Shown: piece by piece, positions 43,391 through 52,125 of the stretch
Numbering within the stretch: position 1 is the stretch's first letter
Layout of the letters: every line of letters starts with the position of its first letter
DNA from: an uncultured Wenzhouxiangella sp.
GTDB lineage: Bacteria > Pseudomonadota > Gammaproteobacteria > Xanthomonadales > Wenzhouxiangellaceae
Assembly: GCA_964461845.1 (NCBI GenBank)
Contig: CAYWVH010000001.1
Location: 183,487-247,486, forward strand
Direction of reading: 5' to 3'
Length of the DNA stretch: 64,000 nt
Notes under the pieces: generated by a model
What the model was told of the DNA's origin: nothing
Database searches by the model: none
What the model saw: only the letters and a program-made list of their open reading frames with translations
Made by a program: the position numbers and the translations under genes

Positions 43391-44731
43391 TCAAAGGATA
43401 TACCGACTCAAGTCTTCATCCTCAGACAAATCTTTGAGGTGCTGATCCACATAGTCTTGATCGATGATGATTTTCTTATCCGTTAAGTCAGGTGCGCTAA
43501 AAGAAATTTCTTCTAGAAGTTTTTCAAGTAAAGTGTGCAGCCGTCTGGCGCCTATGTTCTCGGTGGATTCATTTACAGAAAAGGCAATCTCGGCGATCCG
43601 AGTAATGGCGCCTTCACTGAATTCAATCTCCAGACCCTCTGTGGCCAGCAGTGCTTTGTACTGTGTCGTGAGTGACGCATTGGGCTCGGTGAGGATCTTT
43701 TTAAAGTCATCGACACCCAAGGCTTTCAGTTCTACACGTATGGGCAGACGACCTTGGAGTTCGGGCACCAAATCAGAGGGCTTGGCCACATGAAAAGCCC
43801 CCGATGCGATAAACAAAATGTGGTCGGTTTTGATGGCGCCATAGCGCGTGTTGACGGTGCAGCCCTCGACCAGTGGCAGTAAATCACGCTGCACGCCTTC
43901 TCTCGATACTTCACCGCTGGCGGTGCTGTCTGAGCGACGAGCGACTTTATCAATTTCATCAATAAAGACAATGCCGTTTTGTTCAGCCATGCTCAACGCT
44001 TTTTGTTTGACATCTTCATCGTTGATTAGCTTTTGGGCTTCCTCTTCGATCAAGATCGGGATCGCATCTTTGACTTTGAACTTGCGCTTTTGTTTTTTCT
44101 GACCCGATAGGCTGGAGAACATTTGTTGCAGCTGGCCGGTCATCTCCTCCATACCGGGTGGGGCCATGATTTCAACGCCCAAATTCATCCGAAGGTCGAT
44201 CTCAATTTCCTTGTCGTTGAAGTCACCATTGAGGAGCTTTTGCAATAACTTGGCGCGCGTCTCATCGCTTTTGTCATCGACCGTCTCGGGCGATTGGCTA
44301 AAGCCCGTGGTTTGACGCTTGGGGAGCATGATATCCACTACGCGTTGAATGGCAGCGTCCTCGGCTTTCGGGCGCACCGAGCTCATCGCCTCCTCACGCG
44401 CCAACTTGACGGAAGTCTCTACAAGATCACGGATGATGGACTCAACGTCTTTGCCTACGTAGCCCACTTCGGTGAATTTCGTGGCCTCTACCTTGATGAA
44501 GGGTGATTGCGCCAATGCCGCCAGCCTTCTGGCAATCTCTGTTTTGCCCACGCCGGTGGGTCCAATCATCAAGATGTTTTTCGGGGTGATTTCAGATTGC
44601 AAGTCGCCGCCGACTTGCATGCGTCGCCACCGATTTCGCAGCGCCACAGCCACGGCTTTCTTGGCCTCTGCCTGACCGACAATGTGCCTGTCCAATTCGT
44701 GAACGATTTCTCGTGGGGTCATTTGCGACAT
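43391..44731 (-). CDS. hslU: HslUV protease ATPase subunit
   Basis: [51 protein letters not shown]. Confidence 0.99.
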   Translation of the reverse strand: MSQMTPREIVHELDRHIVGQAEAKKAVAVALRNRWRRMQVGGDLQSEITPKNILMIGPTGVGKTEIARRLAALAQSPFIKVEATKFTEVGYVGKDVESIIRDLVETSVKLAREEAMSSVRPKAEDAAIQRVVDIMLPKRQTTGFSQSPETVDDKSDETRAKLLQKLLNGDFNDKEIEIDLRMNLGVEIMAPPGMEEMTGQLQQMFSSLSGQKKQKRKFKVKDAIPILIEEEAQKLINDEDVKQKALSMAEQNGIVFIDEIDKVARRSDSTASGEVSREGVQRDLLPLVEGCTVNTRYGAIKTDHILFIASGAFHVAKPSDLVPELQGRLPIRVELKALGVDDFKKILTEPNASLTTQYKALLATEGLEIEFSEGAITRIAEIAFSVNESTENIGARRLHTLLEKLLEEISFSAPDLTDKKIIIDQDYVDQHLKDLSEDEDLSRYIL

Positions 44732-44734
44732 GAC

Positions 44735-45277
44735 TCAGCCAACCTCCAGTGTTTCGATGGTGAAGTTGTGGTTGGTGTAGATGCAAATGTCGGCTGCTGT
44801 GTTCAGCGCCTCTTGGCAGATCGTTTGAGCATCCAGCTCGGTATGGTTGAGTAACGCGCTGGCAGCGGCTTGGGCGTAAGGGCCACCAGAACCAATGGCA
44901 ATGAGGCTGTTTTCGGGCTCAATGACATCCCCGTTGCCAGAGATGATGAGAGAGGCGGTGTGGTCGGCGACGACCAAGAGCGCTTCGAGGCGGCGGAGCA
45001 ATCGGTCCGTCCGCCAATCTTTGGCCAATTCAACAGCGGCCCGAGTGAGGTGCCCTGAGTGCATCTCCAGTTTGCCCTCGAACCGCTCAAACAACGTGAA
45101 GGCATCGGCGGTGGCGCCAGCAAACCCACCAATCACCTTGTTGTGATAGAGCTTGCGAACTTTTTTGGCGTGCGCTTTCATAACCGTATCGCCGAAGGTG
45201 ACCTGGCCATCGCCAGCCACCACCACTTGGTGGCCCCGACGAACTGAGACGATGGTGGTGCCATGAAACTGTTCCAT
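44735..45277 (-). CDS. hslV: HslUV protease peptidase subunit
   Basis: [35 protein letters not shown]; start ATG 45277. Confidence 0.98.
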   Translation of the reverse strand: MEQFHGTTIVSVRRGHQVVVAGDGQVTFGDTVMKAHAKKVRKLYHNKVIGGFAGATADAFTLFERFEGKLEMHSGHLTRAAVELAKDWRTDRLLRRLEALLVVADHTASLIISGNGDVIEPENSLIAIGSGGPYAQAAASALLNHTELDAQTICQEALNTAADICIYTNHNFTIETLEVG

Positions 45278-45374
45278 ACCGAATGCCTTTTTGGATGTGC
45301 CTTTTGCGATGAGCCTGGATTGATGACCGCTCACTGACCCCAACGATCAAGGGCCATTCAAAGTCAGTGTCTAT

Positions 45375-45403
45375 ACATGGGGTCGGTTGAAGCAAATCCC
45401 AAG
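45375..45403 (-). promoter_or_regulatory. Sigma32 (RpoH)-like promoter upstream of hslV
   Basis: Minus strand CTTGGG-N15-CCCCATGT vs consensus CTTGAA-N13-17-CCCCATNT; hslVU is a classical RpoH target. Confidence 0.7.
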
Positions 45404-45443
45404 CAAAGGCCGATGGCTATCGCACCATCCTATTGTAAGCGCT

Positions 45444-46337
45444 TTATTTGCTCTTTTTCGCTCTGGGGTGGGTCTGATCATACACTTTGGCCAGATGTTG
45501 ATAGTCAAGGTGTGTGTAGATTTGGGTGGTGGTGAGATTGGCATGCCCCAAGAGCTCTTGCACGGCGCGCAAATCGCCCGAGGATTGAAGAATATGTGAG
45601 GCAAATGAGTGACGAAGCTGATGGGGATGGACGTGTTGGTCAAGCCCCTGACGCTCGGACCAATAAGCCACCCGTTTTTGTAGGGCTCGGACCGTTAGGT
45701 GGCGGCCTTTGGGATTGGTGAAAATGTGCAGGGTATTTTCGGGCTGCAGGGACCGCCACCGAGAAAGCGCCGACAATGCATGACGTCCGACAGGCACCAA
45801 GCGCTCTTTGTTGCCTTTGCCCAGCACCCGAACCAAGCCCTCCGTGAGATCCAGGTCCTGCCATTTCAACGCCACCAATTCACTGACCCTAAGGCCGCTG
45901 GCGTAAAAAAGCTCAAGCATGGCCCGATCACGGATGGCCAGATCGGAGTCAGCGGGGATTTCGAGCAAAGCCATGATTTGGTCGATGTCCAAGGTCTCGG
46001 GCAATTTTCGCCTGACTTTCGGCGCTTTGACGCCATCGCTTGGATCCGTTTTGATGAGCCCTTGCTGGCGAAGGGATTTAAAAAAGCGGCGACAGCCTGA
46101 AATGCGACGTTGGATCGAGCGCGGACTCAATCCACGTCTGTGTTCAGAGGCAGCAAAGGCCCTGATGGTGTGGGTATCGATTTGATCCAGGCCGTCTGTC
46201 CCTTGATGCTGGCACCATTCGACCAAGGCATTGAGGTCTCGCTTGTAAGCATCTTGGGTCGCTGTGCCCAGTGAGCCTTCTTGGCTCAAGCGGTAGAGAA
46301 ACTGATCAACCGCTGTGCGCAGACTGACCCGGCTCAA
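45444..46337 (-). CDS. xerC: Tyrosine recombinase XerC
   Basis: RDRAMLELFYASGLRVSEL, GKGNKER, HPHQLRHSFASH, LGHANLTTTQIYT; dapF-DUF484-xerC synteny. Confidence 0.93.
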   Translation of the reverse strand: MSRVSLRTAVDQFLYRLSQEGSLGTATQDAYKRDLNALVEWCQHQGTDGLDQIDTHTIRAFAASEHRRGLSPRSIQRRISGCRRFFKSLRQQGLIKTDPSDGVKAPKVRRKLPETLDIDQIMALLEIPADSDLAIRDRAMLELFYASGLRVSELVALKWQDLDLTEGLVRVLGKGNKERLVPVGRHALSALSRWRSLQPENTLHIFTNPKGRHLTVRALQKRVAYWSERQGLDQHVHPHQLRHSFASHILQSSGDLRAVQELLGHANLTTTQIYTHLDYQHLAKVYDQTHPRAKKSK

Positions 46338-46338
46338 C

Positions 46339-47028
46339 TTAAGGCCCTGTATTTTGCTCTGGCATGGCGCCGGCCAGTCGATGCTGGAGGGTAGAGGCCA
46401 GCAACTCTAGAAAGAGTGTGCCCATCTGGGGTTGGTATTTGGTTTGGTCTTCCGAGCCAATGGCCAATAGCCCAAATTCGTTCATGGGAACGACAGCGGC
46501 AGAACGGATCACCTTTGCTTCATCCCCAAAAAGCGCGTTCAGTTTATCTTTTGTGAACCTGCCGCATTGGGCTGCTAAGCCCGCTGAGTTCTGATCAATC
46601 CAAGAAAAGCACTTTGGATCATAGGTCTGGATGGACGAGACACCCTCGAGTGCCTCGGGGATGCTATGGAGGTGGAGCGCAATGGCTAAGGCACCAAATT
46701 CCTCGTTGAGTTGTTCAAAGAGCGCTTGAAAAAATTCATTCAGTGGTTCAATGGCCATGAGCGATAACGTCATGGCGTGCAGCCGATGCATCAATCGCTC
46801 GTTTTCGCTGGCAACGGCCACCAGTGTTTTTAATTGATCTTGCAGTTTAAGCAGCTCCGACTGGGTCCGCCTTGCTTGAAATTGCGCCAACGAAGTGGGG
46901 CCAGACGAAGAAGCTTCCTCGCTGGGCAGTTCAAGCTGTGGCACCAGTTCAGGGTGTGTCAAAAAAAATTGCGGGTTGGCCTTGAGCCAAGCGATGATGT
47001 CTTCTTTGGCAAGGTCTTTGTGGCTCAT
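46339..47028 (-). CDS. DUF484 (YigA) family protein
   Basis: WLKANPQFF, SLAQFQ, ENERL, GLLAIGS, MGTLFL; start ATG 47028 overlapping dapF stop. Confidence 0.88.
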   Translation of the reverse strand: MSHKDLAKEDIIAWLKANPQFFLTHPELVPQLELPSEEASSSGPTSLAQFQARRTQSELLKLQDQLKTLVAVASENERLMHRLHAMTLSLMAIEPLNEFFQALFEQLNEEFGALAIALHLHSIPEALEGVSSIQTYDPKCFSWIDQNSAGLAAQCGRFTKDKLNALFGDEAKVIRSAAVVPMNEFGLLAIGSEDQTKYQPQMGTLFLELLASTLQHRLAGAMPEQNTGP

Positions 47029-47855
47029 ACAGACTGTATCCAATGCAGGCATCCTTCGCCAAGGCGTTGAACATCACCTGCCAATTCGATGGGGTGAGAA
47101 GGTGAATCAGTGGCTGGCCAATTTACCACAACTGACCCACCTGGTTGGTCGATCTTCAGCCGCCTCGATGACTTGAAATGCCGAATCACTGCAGCAGCTG
47201 TTGCGCAGGCACCACTGCCGCAGGCCAGTGTTGGGCCGACGCCGCGTTCATACACCCGAAGCTTCACCGCATCACCCGCCCAATGGGCCAGGCTGACATT
47301 GATCCCTCCGGTTAATGGCTCACCTGCTTGAAGCGTTGCGCCCACCGACTGACACTCCTCGTGGCTGGGTGGGTGTGGCCAGATCAAAATCAAATGAGGG
47401 TTGCCCATGGAGACACGATAGGCCGCTAGGCAAGGTGTGTTCATCGGGATGCCTGTGCTTTCGATCTCCCTTGGCCCTGGCAGTTGGACACCGACCCAAG
47501 CACGCGCCTCATCATAAGCTTCAAATTCAGTGACTCGGACCAAGCCCGCCGGTGGATTGAGACGGATGCTCGTTGCGTCTGCGACTTTTTCAGTACGGTA
47601 TAAGAACTGCGCAACAGCGCGCATTCCATTGCCGCATTGTTCGGCCATGCTGCCATCGGCATTGAAGATCGCTACATCCCAAGTCTGATCGAATCGAGAT
47701 CGGCCAACGAGCAAGAGCTGGTCGAAGCTTGTCAGATCGTCTTGCTGGGCCCAGTGCGTGATCTGTTGCGGTGTCAGGGGAGCATTGAGCGTCGCTTCTT
47801 CTACGATGACAAAAGCATTGCCCTGAGCGCTGAATTTCTCATAAGGAATGGTCAT
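47025..47855 (-). CDS. dapF: Diaminopimelate epimerase
   Basis: Both catalytic Cys (EQCGNG, TLACGSG), MGNPH, VYERG; start ATG 47855. Confidence 0.9.
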   Translation of the reverse strand: MTIPYEKFSAQGNAFVIVEEATLNAPLTPQQITHWAQQDDLTSFDQLLLVGRSRFDQTWDVAIFNADGSMAEQCGNGMRAVAQFLYRTEKVADATSIRLNPPAGLVRVTEFEAYDEARAWVGVQLPGPREIESTGIPMNTPCLAAYRVSMGNPHLILIWPHPPSHEECQSVGATLQAGEPLTGGINVSLAHWAGDAVKLRVYERGVGPTLACGSGACATAAAVIRHFKSSRRLKIDQPGGSVVVNWPATDSPSHPIELAGDVQRLGEGCLHWIQSV

Positions 47856-47878
47856 TTGATTCACTGGGAGATCACGCC

Positions 47879-48553
47879 TCAACCATCCATCGAGCCGATC
47901 ACCATCCAATGTCGGTTGGAGGGCTGTTCGATGCTCCAAGTCTGCCAACCCATCGAAGCGAGCTGATCTTCAATCTCTTCAATGCGCCACGCTGCCAGCA
48001 GGCTGTTGTAGAAATCCTGTTTTAAGACCTCATGGGCGCCATTTGTGTGAGCATCGACCAATGCATTGGCTTCATCGATTGACGCTGGTCGGATTAGATC
48101 CATAACAACCACCACGGTGCCAGGCTCGCCCAATTGCTCAATCGAGTGCCACAGTGTCATCGGGTCTGCCAAATGATGAAGCAAGCTGTTTGACACGATG
48201 GCGTTCCATGGCCCAAGGGTTTTTAGCTCATCCAAATCTGTTGGGAGATGGCTCTCTTTTAAGGCCACACGCGCTTGTAAATCATTTGCTTCGATGGTGT
48301 GTCTGGCCAATGCCAACATATTGGGCCCTGCATCAACGCCCAGCATGGACCATTGTGGCAGGGTGGTGGCGAGCTCCGCGAGCAAACCGCCAGAGCCACA
48401 ACCAAGATCTAAGAGGCGGCCGCTGTTCTGTGTCACGACCTCGGCGGTGCGTTGACAAAATAAGGTGTTGGGCTCGCTGAAATCGGCCGCAGCATAGGCT
48501 TGGGTCTGTTCAGCCGAGTCCATCAGTTCAGGTTCAGGAATGCGTTTCATCAA
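47879..48553 (-). CDS. Class I SAM-dependent methyltransferase, unknown substrate
   Basis: LLDLGCGSG, GVDAG, SNSLLHH; N-terminal RIPEPELMD..YAAADF. Confidence 0.85.
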   Translation of the reverse strand: MMKRIPEPELMDSAEQTQAYAAADFSEPNTLFCQRTAEVVTQNSGRLLDLGCGSGGLLAELATTLPQWSMLGVDAGPNMLALARHTIEANDLQARVALKESHLPTDLDELKTLGPWNAIVSNSLLHHLADPMTLWHSIEQLGEPGTVVVVMDLIRPASIDEANALVDAHTNGAHEVLKQDFYNSLLAAWRIEEIEDQLASMGWQTWSIEQPSNRHWMVIGSMDG

Positions 48554-48735
48554 GGCTTGACCTCAACAAACAGGCTGGCGTCAACGCGCTGATCCGGTAG
48601 GATCAGGTCGTCTTTTAGTCCGCATCCACTGATCAAGCACACGCCGACTGCCCCACAGAGTGCCAGGAAGATCCGCTGCCTTGATCGGCGGTTTGTCGAA
48701 CGAAACGTGGGCTTTGGCGTTAAACTGAAAGGCAT
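48550..48735 (-). CDS. lptM: Small outer-membrane lipoprotein LptM (YifL/LppL)
   Basis: Lipobox LISGC followed by GLKDDLILP (CGxKGxLxLP-like); upstream of dapF; ATGA overlap with methyltransferase; start uncertain. Confidence 0.72.
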   Translation of the reverse strand: MPFSLTPKPTFRSTNRRSRQRIFLALCGAVGVCLISGCGLKDDLILPDQRVDASLFVEVKP

Positions 48736-49453
48736 GAAGCAACTCACTGTGTCAGGTGTCGAGTGCGTGGTCGTGGATGCAGGGGCTGCACCGAAGACCT
48801 CCATCATTTGGTTACATGGCTTAGGTGCCGATGCCACCGACTTTGTGCCCATTGTACCGCAGCTAAAAAAGACCCTCGCCATCGGCGCGCGCTTCGTTTT
48901 TCCCAATGCACCCATTCGCCCCGTCACCATCAATGGAGGCATGGCCATGCGCGCTTGGTACGACATCATGGGCTTTGATATCGCCAGAGATCAAGATGTG
49001 GCCGGCATTCAAGCCTCGGTTCAATCCATCCTGGCTTTGGTTGAACACGAGTCTGCGGTGATGGCCGCTCAGCGGGTGGTGTTGGCTGGATTCTCGCAAG
49101 GGGGTGCTGTGGCCTTGCGCGCAGGCTTGGCCAGTTCGAGACCCATTGCAGGCATCTTGGCTTTGTCCACCTATTTACTGCAAGCCGATACTTTGGCCCA
49201 GTGGGCGAGGCGGGAGCCAACCGACCGCCTGCCGAAGATTTGGATGGGACACGGCATGCATGATCCCATTGTCCCGGTGACAATGGGCAAACAGGCCACT
49301 GAGTCTCTCGAGGGTGCAGGCTATTCGGTGGCGTGGAACACTTGGCCGATGGGGCATGAGGTCTGTCAGGCTGAGATTGATCAGCTGGATGGGGTGTTGT
49401 CTTCTTGGAGTGACCCTGAGGTTGGACAAGCCGATGCCACAGTGGCATCATAA
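48734..49453 (+). CDS. Carboxylesterase/phospholipase (acyl-protein thioesterase-like)
   Basis: WLHGLGAD, MRAWYDI, GFSQGG, HGMHDPIV, MGHEV; start uncertain (48734, 48749 or 48767). Confidence 0.92.
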   Translation: MKQLTVSGVECVVVDAGAAPKTSIIWLHGLGADATDFVPIVPQLKKTLAIGARFVFPNAPIRPVTINGGMAMRAWYDIMGFDIARDQDVAGIQASVQSILALVEHESAVMAAQRVVLAGFSQGGAVALRAGLASSRPIAGILALSTYLLQADTLAQWARREPTDRLPKIWMGHGMHDPIVPVTMGKQATESLEGAGYSVAWNTWPMGHEVCQAEIDQLDGVLSSWSDPEVGQADATVAS

Positions 49454-49691
49454 GACCGCTTCACAGTGGGCTACTTGGGGTGCCAAGCATACGGGTTTGT
49501 GCGCTGTGTTGATTCAAGTTTGCTATCCGGGCGCCGGCATTATGCAGAGTCATGGGGCGCTTCTCGCACTGCCAACGCCAACACGCAAGCCCCTAGCGCC
49601 TCTACAGCGCTCTGCTCGGCGCCCGGACCTTTGCCACGATCAATGTGGGCAGACATCCTTAAGGGAATTCAAATGAGGTGGGTTTCAAATC

Positions 49692-50870
49692 ATGAGTGAC
49701 TCGGTGCCAGCAAAGCCTCCCCACACATTAAAGTCGCGCTTGCTGCGGCGTTTGAAGTGGATCAGCGCCATGCTTGTTGTGCTATCCCTGGTTGGTTTCG
49801 GGGCGGGGGTCTATTTCTTTGGCTATCCAGTGAGCCTGTCTGTTTTTCAGCCTCCCTTGGCAGAGCGGCTCGGTGCCTTAGAGTCCTCCATCGATGATCG
49901 AATCGTGGCGCAAGTGGGGTCTCGGTTGGACGCGCTTGGTTTAAATGGAGATCGCCCAGTGGGTCGCGCTGAGTGGTCTGAAGCGATGGCAGAGTCCATG
50001 GATGTTCAAGGGCGTCTTCAACGTCAGATCGATGACTTGCAAACGGCCATAGATGGGGTGCTGTCAGCACACCAAGATGGGTCGGCTTCGATGGCGGAGA
50101 TTCAGGCGCTGTCTGATCGGGTGGCGGCACTACAAGCCAAGGTCGATGCTGTGAGAGAGGCTTCGGCCGGCCGCATGGATCCAAGTTCCATGACAGAGGA
50201 TGCGGTGCAGGCATGGGCCAAAGAGCGGATTGCTTTGACCGATGCCTTCAGCGCCCTGACCATGGCTTCTATCCAGATTCAGCGCTCTAACAAAGAGGGT
50301 GCGTTGGAGGCCTATCAGCAAGCCGAGTGGGCGCTGGCTTCGTTGGACAGCGAGTCGTTCAAGGCCATTAAAGAAACGCTGGCGGTCGAGGCAGCGCTGT
50401 TGGCACAGTGGCCTGCAGTGGATTGGCTCGCCTGGGAAGAAAGGGTGCAGGGTGTTTTGGATGATGCCGATGCGATCACTCAAGGAGCACCTTCTTCTGG
50501 CGAGTCTATGGTTCTCTCGGATGAGGCTCGGTCTGGTTGGTGGCAAAAGTTAGTCACGGCCATGAATGAGTTGGTCACCATTCGGCCCAGAGAAGCTTCG
50601 GTGCTGAGCGAAGCCGATGAGTTGTTGTTCAAGACTGCACTTCAACAGCATTGGGTGCTCCTTGAGATGGGCATGGCCAACCGCGACATCGAACGAGTCC
50701 ATGTCCAGGCAGTTCGCATTCGGGGTTGGATGATGCGGATGGATCGGCCTGAGTCTCCTAAGTTGGCATCGGCTGAGGCTTTGGTCGATGAGCTTATTCA
50801 ATTGGATGCGCCACCGCCACCAGAGGGGCTGGGTCAGACGAGACAAGCCATTCGGGGTTTGTTGAAATAA
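49692..50870 (+). CDS. hemX: HemX-family membrane protein
   Basis: N-terminal TM, long coiled coil, WWQKL...LVTIR, position before hemY; divergent sequence. Confidence 0.65.
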   Translation: MSDSVPAKPPHTLKSRLLRRLKWISAMLVVLSLVGFGAGVYFFGYPVSLSVFQPPLAERLGALESSIDDRIVAQVGSRLDALGLNGDRPVGRAEWSEAMAESMDVQGRLQRQIDDLQTAIDGVLSAHQDGSASMAEIQALSDRVAALQAKVDAVREASAGRMDPSSMTEDAVQAWAKERIALTDAFSALTMASIQIQRSNKEGALEAYQQAEWALASLDSESFKAIKETLAVEAALLAQWPAVDWLAWEERVQGVLDDADAITQGAPSSGESMVLSDEARSGWWQKLVTAMNELVTIRPREASVLSEADELLFKTALQQHWVLLEMGMANRDIERVHVQAVRIRGWMMRMDRPESPKLASAEALVDELIQLDAPPPPEGLGQTRQAIRGLLK

Positions 50871-50871
50871 G

Positions 50872-52068
50872 ATGAAGCGATTGATCCTGTTTGTTGCCAT
50901 CGCAGGCGCTTTGATCGGTGCGGCCATCATCGCGCCTGTGTTGTTGGCTGATCCTGGCCGAGTGGTGGTGGGGATTGGTCCGTGGCTGATCGAGACCTCA
51001 TTTCTGGCACTTGTGCTGGGCATTGTGCTCGGTTGGGCCATCTTGGGCGTGCTTTGGGCAATGGTCCGGTGGCCCGCAAAGCTGCTGGCGCATCGTCGTG
51101 AGGCGCGCTCGCGTCATCAGCTTGAGGAAGGTTTTTTGGCGCTGATTGAGGGTGAATGGCAACGGGCTGAACAGTCGTTTAGTCAGTCTTTGAGCCATCA
51201 AAAGTCAGTGGCAGGGTTGCTGGGTGCCGCCAAAGCGGCCCAAGCGCGCTCTGATTATGAAGCGCGTGACGCCTGGCTCGCCCGAGCAACAACGCGCTTT
51301 GGTCGGAAGCATTTTGTGACTGAATTTGCCCGTGCTCAACTGGCCATGGAGGCGGGGAGGCTGGATGAGGCCATTGCTTTGTTTGAGCGCCTGCACCTAA
51401 AAAAACAAAAACACCTTGGGGTTTTGAGGGCACTTTTGCAAGCCTATCAAGACAGTGGGCGTTGGCGATCCCTTCGAGAGCTAACACCTGCTTTGAAACG
51501 GGCTGGCATGATTGATGCAGACAAGGCGCAAGCATTGGTGCAACTGGCCGCGCAAAAAGAGCTGTCCCGTTGTGAGGACCACGGGGAATTGTTGGATGCA
51601 TGGAAGTCGTTGGGCCGAAAACATCGCCAAGAGCCTTCCATGGTGTTGGCGTTCTCTCAGCGAGCGCATGCCTTAGGCCATCACGAAAAAGCCAGTCAGC
51701 TATTAAAGAAGCAACTGGATCAGGGTTTGTCAGCTGAGGTTTTGCGGGCATACAGACTCAGTGATGAATCCTCTCGTTCGAGTCGGATTTTGGAGTTAGA
51801 GAAGCGGCTAAAAAGCCATCCCGATCATCCCCTGTTGCTTGAGACGCTGGGGTTTTTATATTTGGATGATCGACAGTATGAAAAGGCAGAGCGTTGTCTG
51901 CTTCAAGTGGTTCAGAAAACGCCATCCGTCGAGCTGTACACAGCTTTGGGGCGCCTAATGGATCGTCAAGGCAATGTCGAGGCCTCGGCCAGGTACTACC
52001 GAAACGCGTTGCAGTTTCAAGATGGCCATCCGCTCAAACCACTCAGCTCGCCTCTGGCGGGCGATTAG
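50872..52068 (+). CDS. hemY: HemY family TPR membrane protein
   Basis: DPGRVVVGIGPWLIETS, GFLALIEGEWQRAE, C-terminal TPRs (LLETLG...LYTALG). Confidence 0.85.
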   Translation: MKRLILFVAIAGALIGAAIIAPVLLADPGRVVVGIGPWLIETSFLALVLGIVLGWAILGVLWAMVRWPAKLLAHRREARSRHQLEEGFLALIEGEWQRAEQSFSQSLSHQKSVAGLLGAAKAAQARSDYEARDAWLARATTRFGRKHFVTEFARAQLAMEAGRLDEAIALFERLHLKKQKHLGVLRALLQAYQDSGRWRSLRELTPALKRAGMIDADKAQALVQLAAQKELSRCEDHGELLDAWKSLGRKHRQEPSMVLAFSQRAHALGHHEKASQLLKKQLDQGLSAEVLRAYRLSDESSRSSRILELEKRLKSHPDHPLLLETLGFLYLDDRQYEKAERCLLQVVQKTPSVELYTALGRLMDRQGNVEASARYYRNALQFQDGHPLKPLSSPLAGD

Positions 52069-52072
52069 CAGG

Positions 52073-52078
52073 TATAAT
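52073..52078 (+). promoter_or_regulatory. Possible sigma70 -10 box for typA
   Basis: Exact TATAAT in the hemY-typA spacer, ~48 nt before ATG; no convincing -35. Confidence 0.4.
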
Positions 52079-52125
52079 CCCAGCGCTTTGCTGTCATAGA
52101 TTCCCAGGGTTGGGATACCCACTCA

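Noticed and set aside
45444-46337. Tyrosine recombinase as a sign of a mobile element
   Set aside because: It sits in the chromosomal dapF-DUF484-xerC context with no att sites, tRNA or cargo genes, so it is housekeeping XerC
49466-49699. 77-aa ORF in the esterase-hemX spacer as a novel small protein
   Set aside because: GTG start without a clear SD and no TM or motif; not supportable without expression data
49692-50870. HemX as an active uroporphyrinogen-III methyltransferase
   Set aside because: No SAM-binding motif is visible; the protein is a TM plus coiled coil, and the enzyme name is a known legacy annotation
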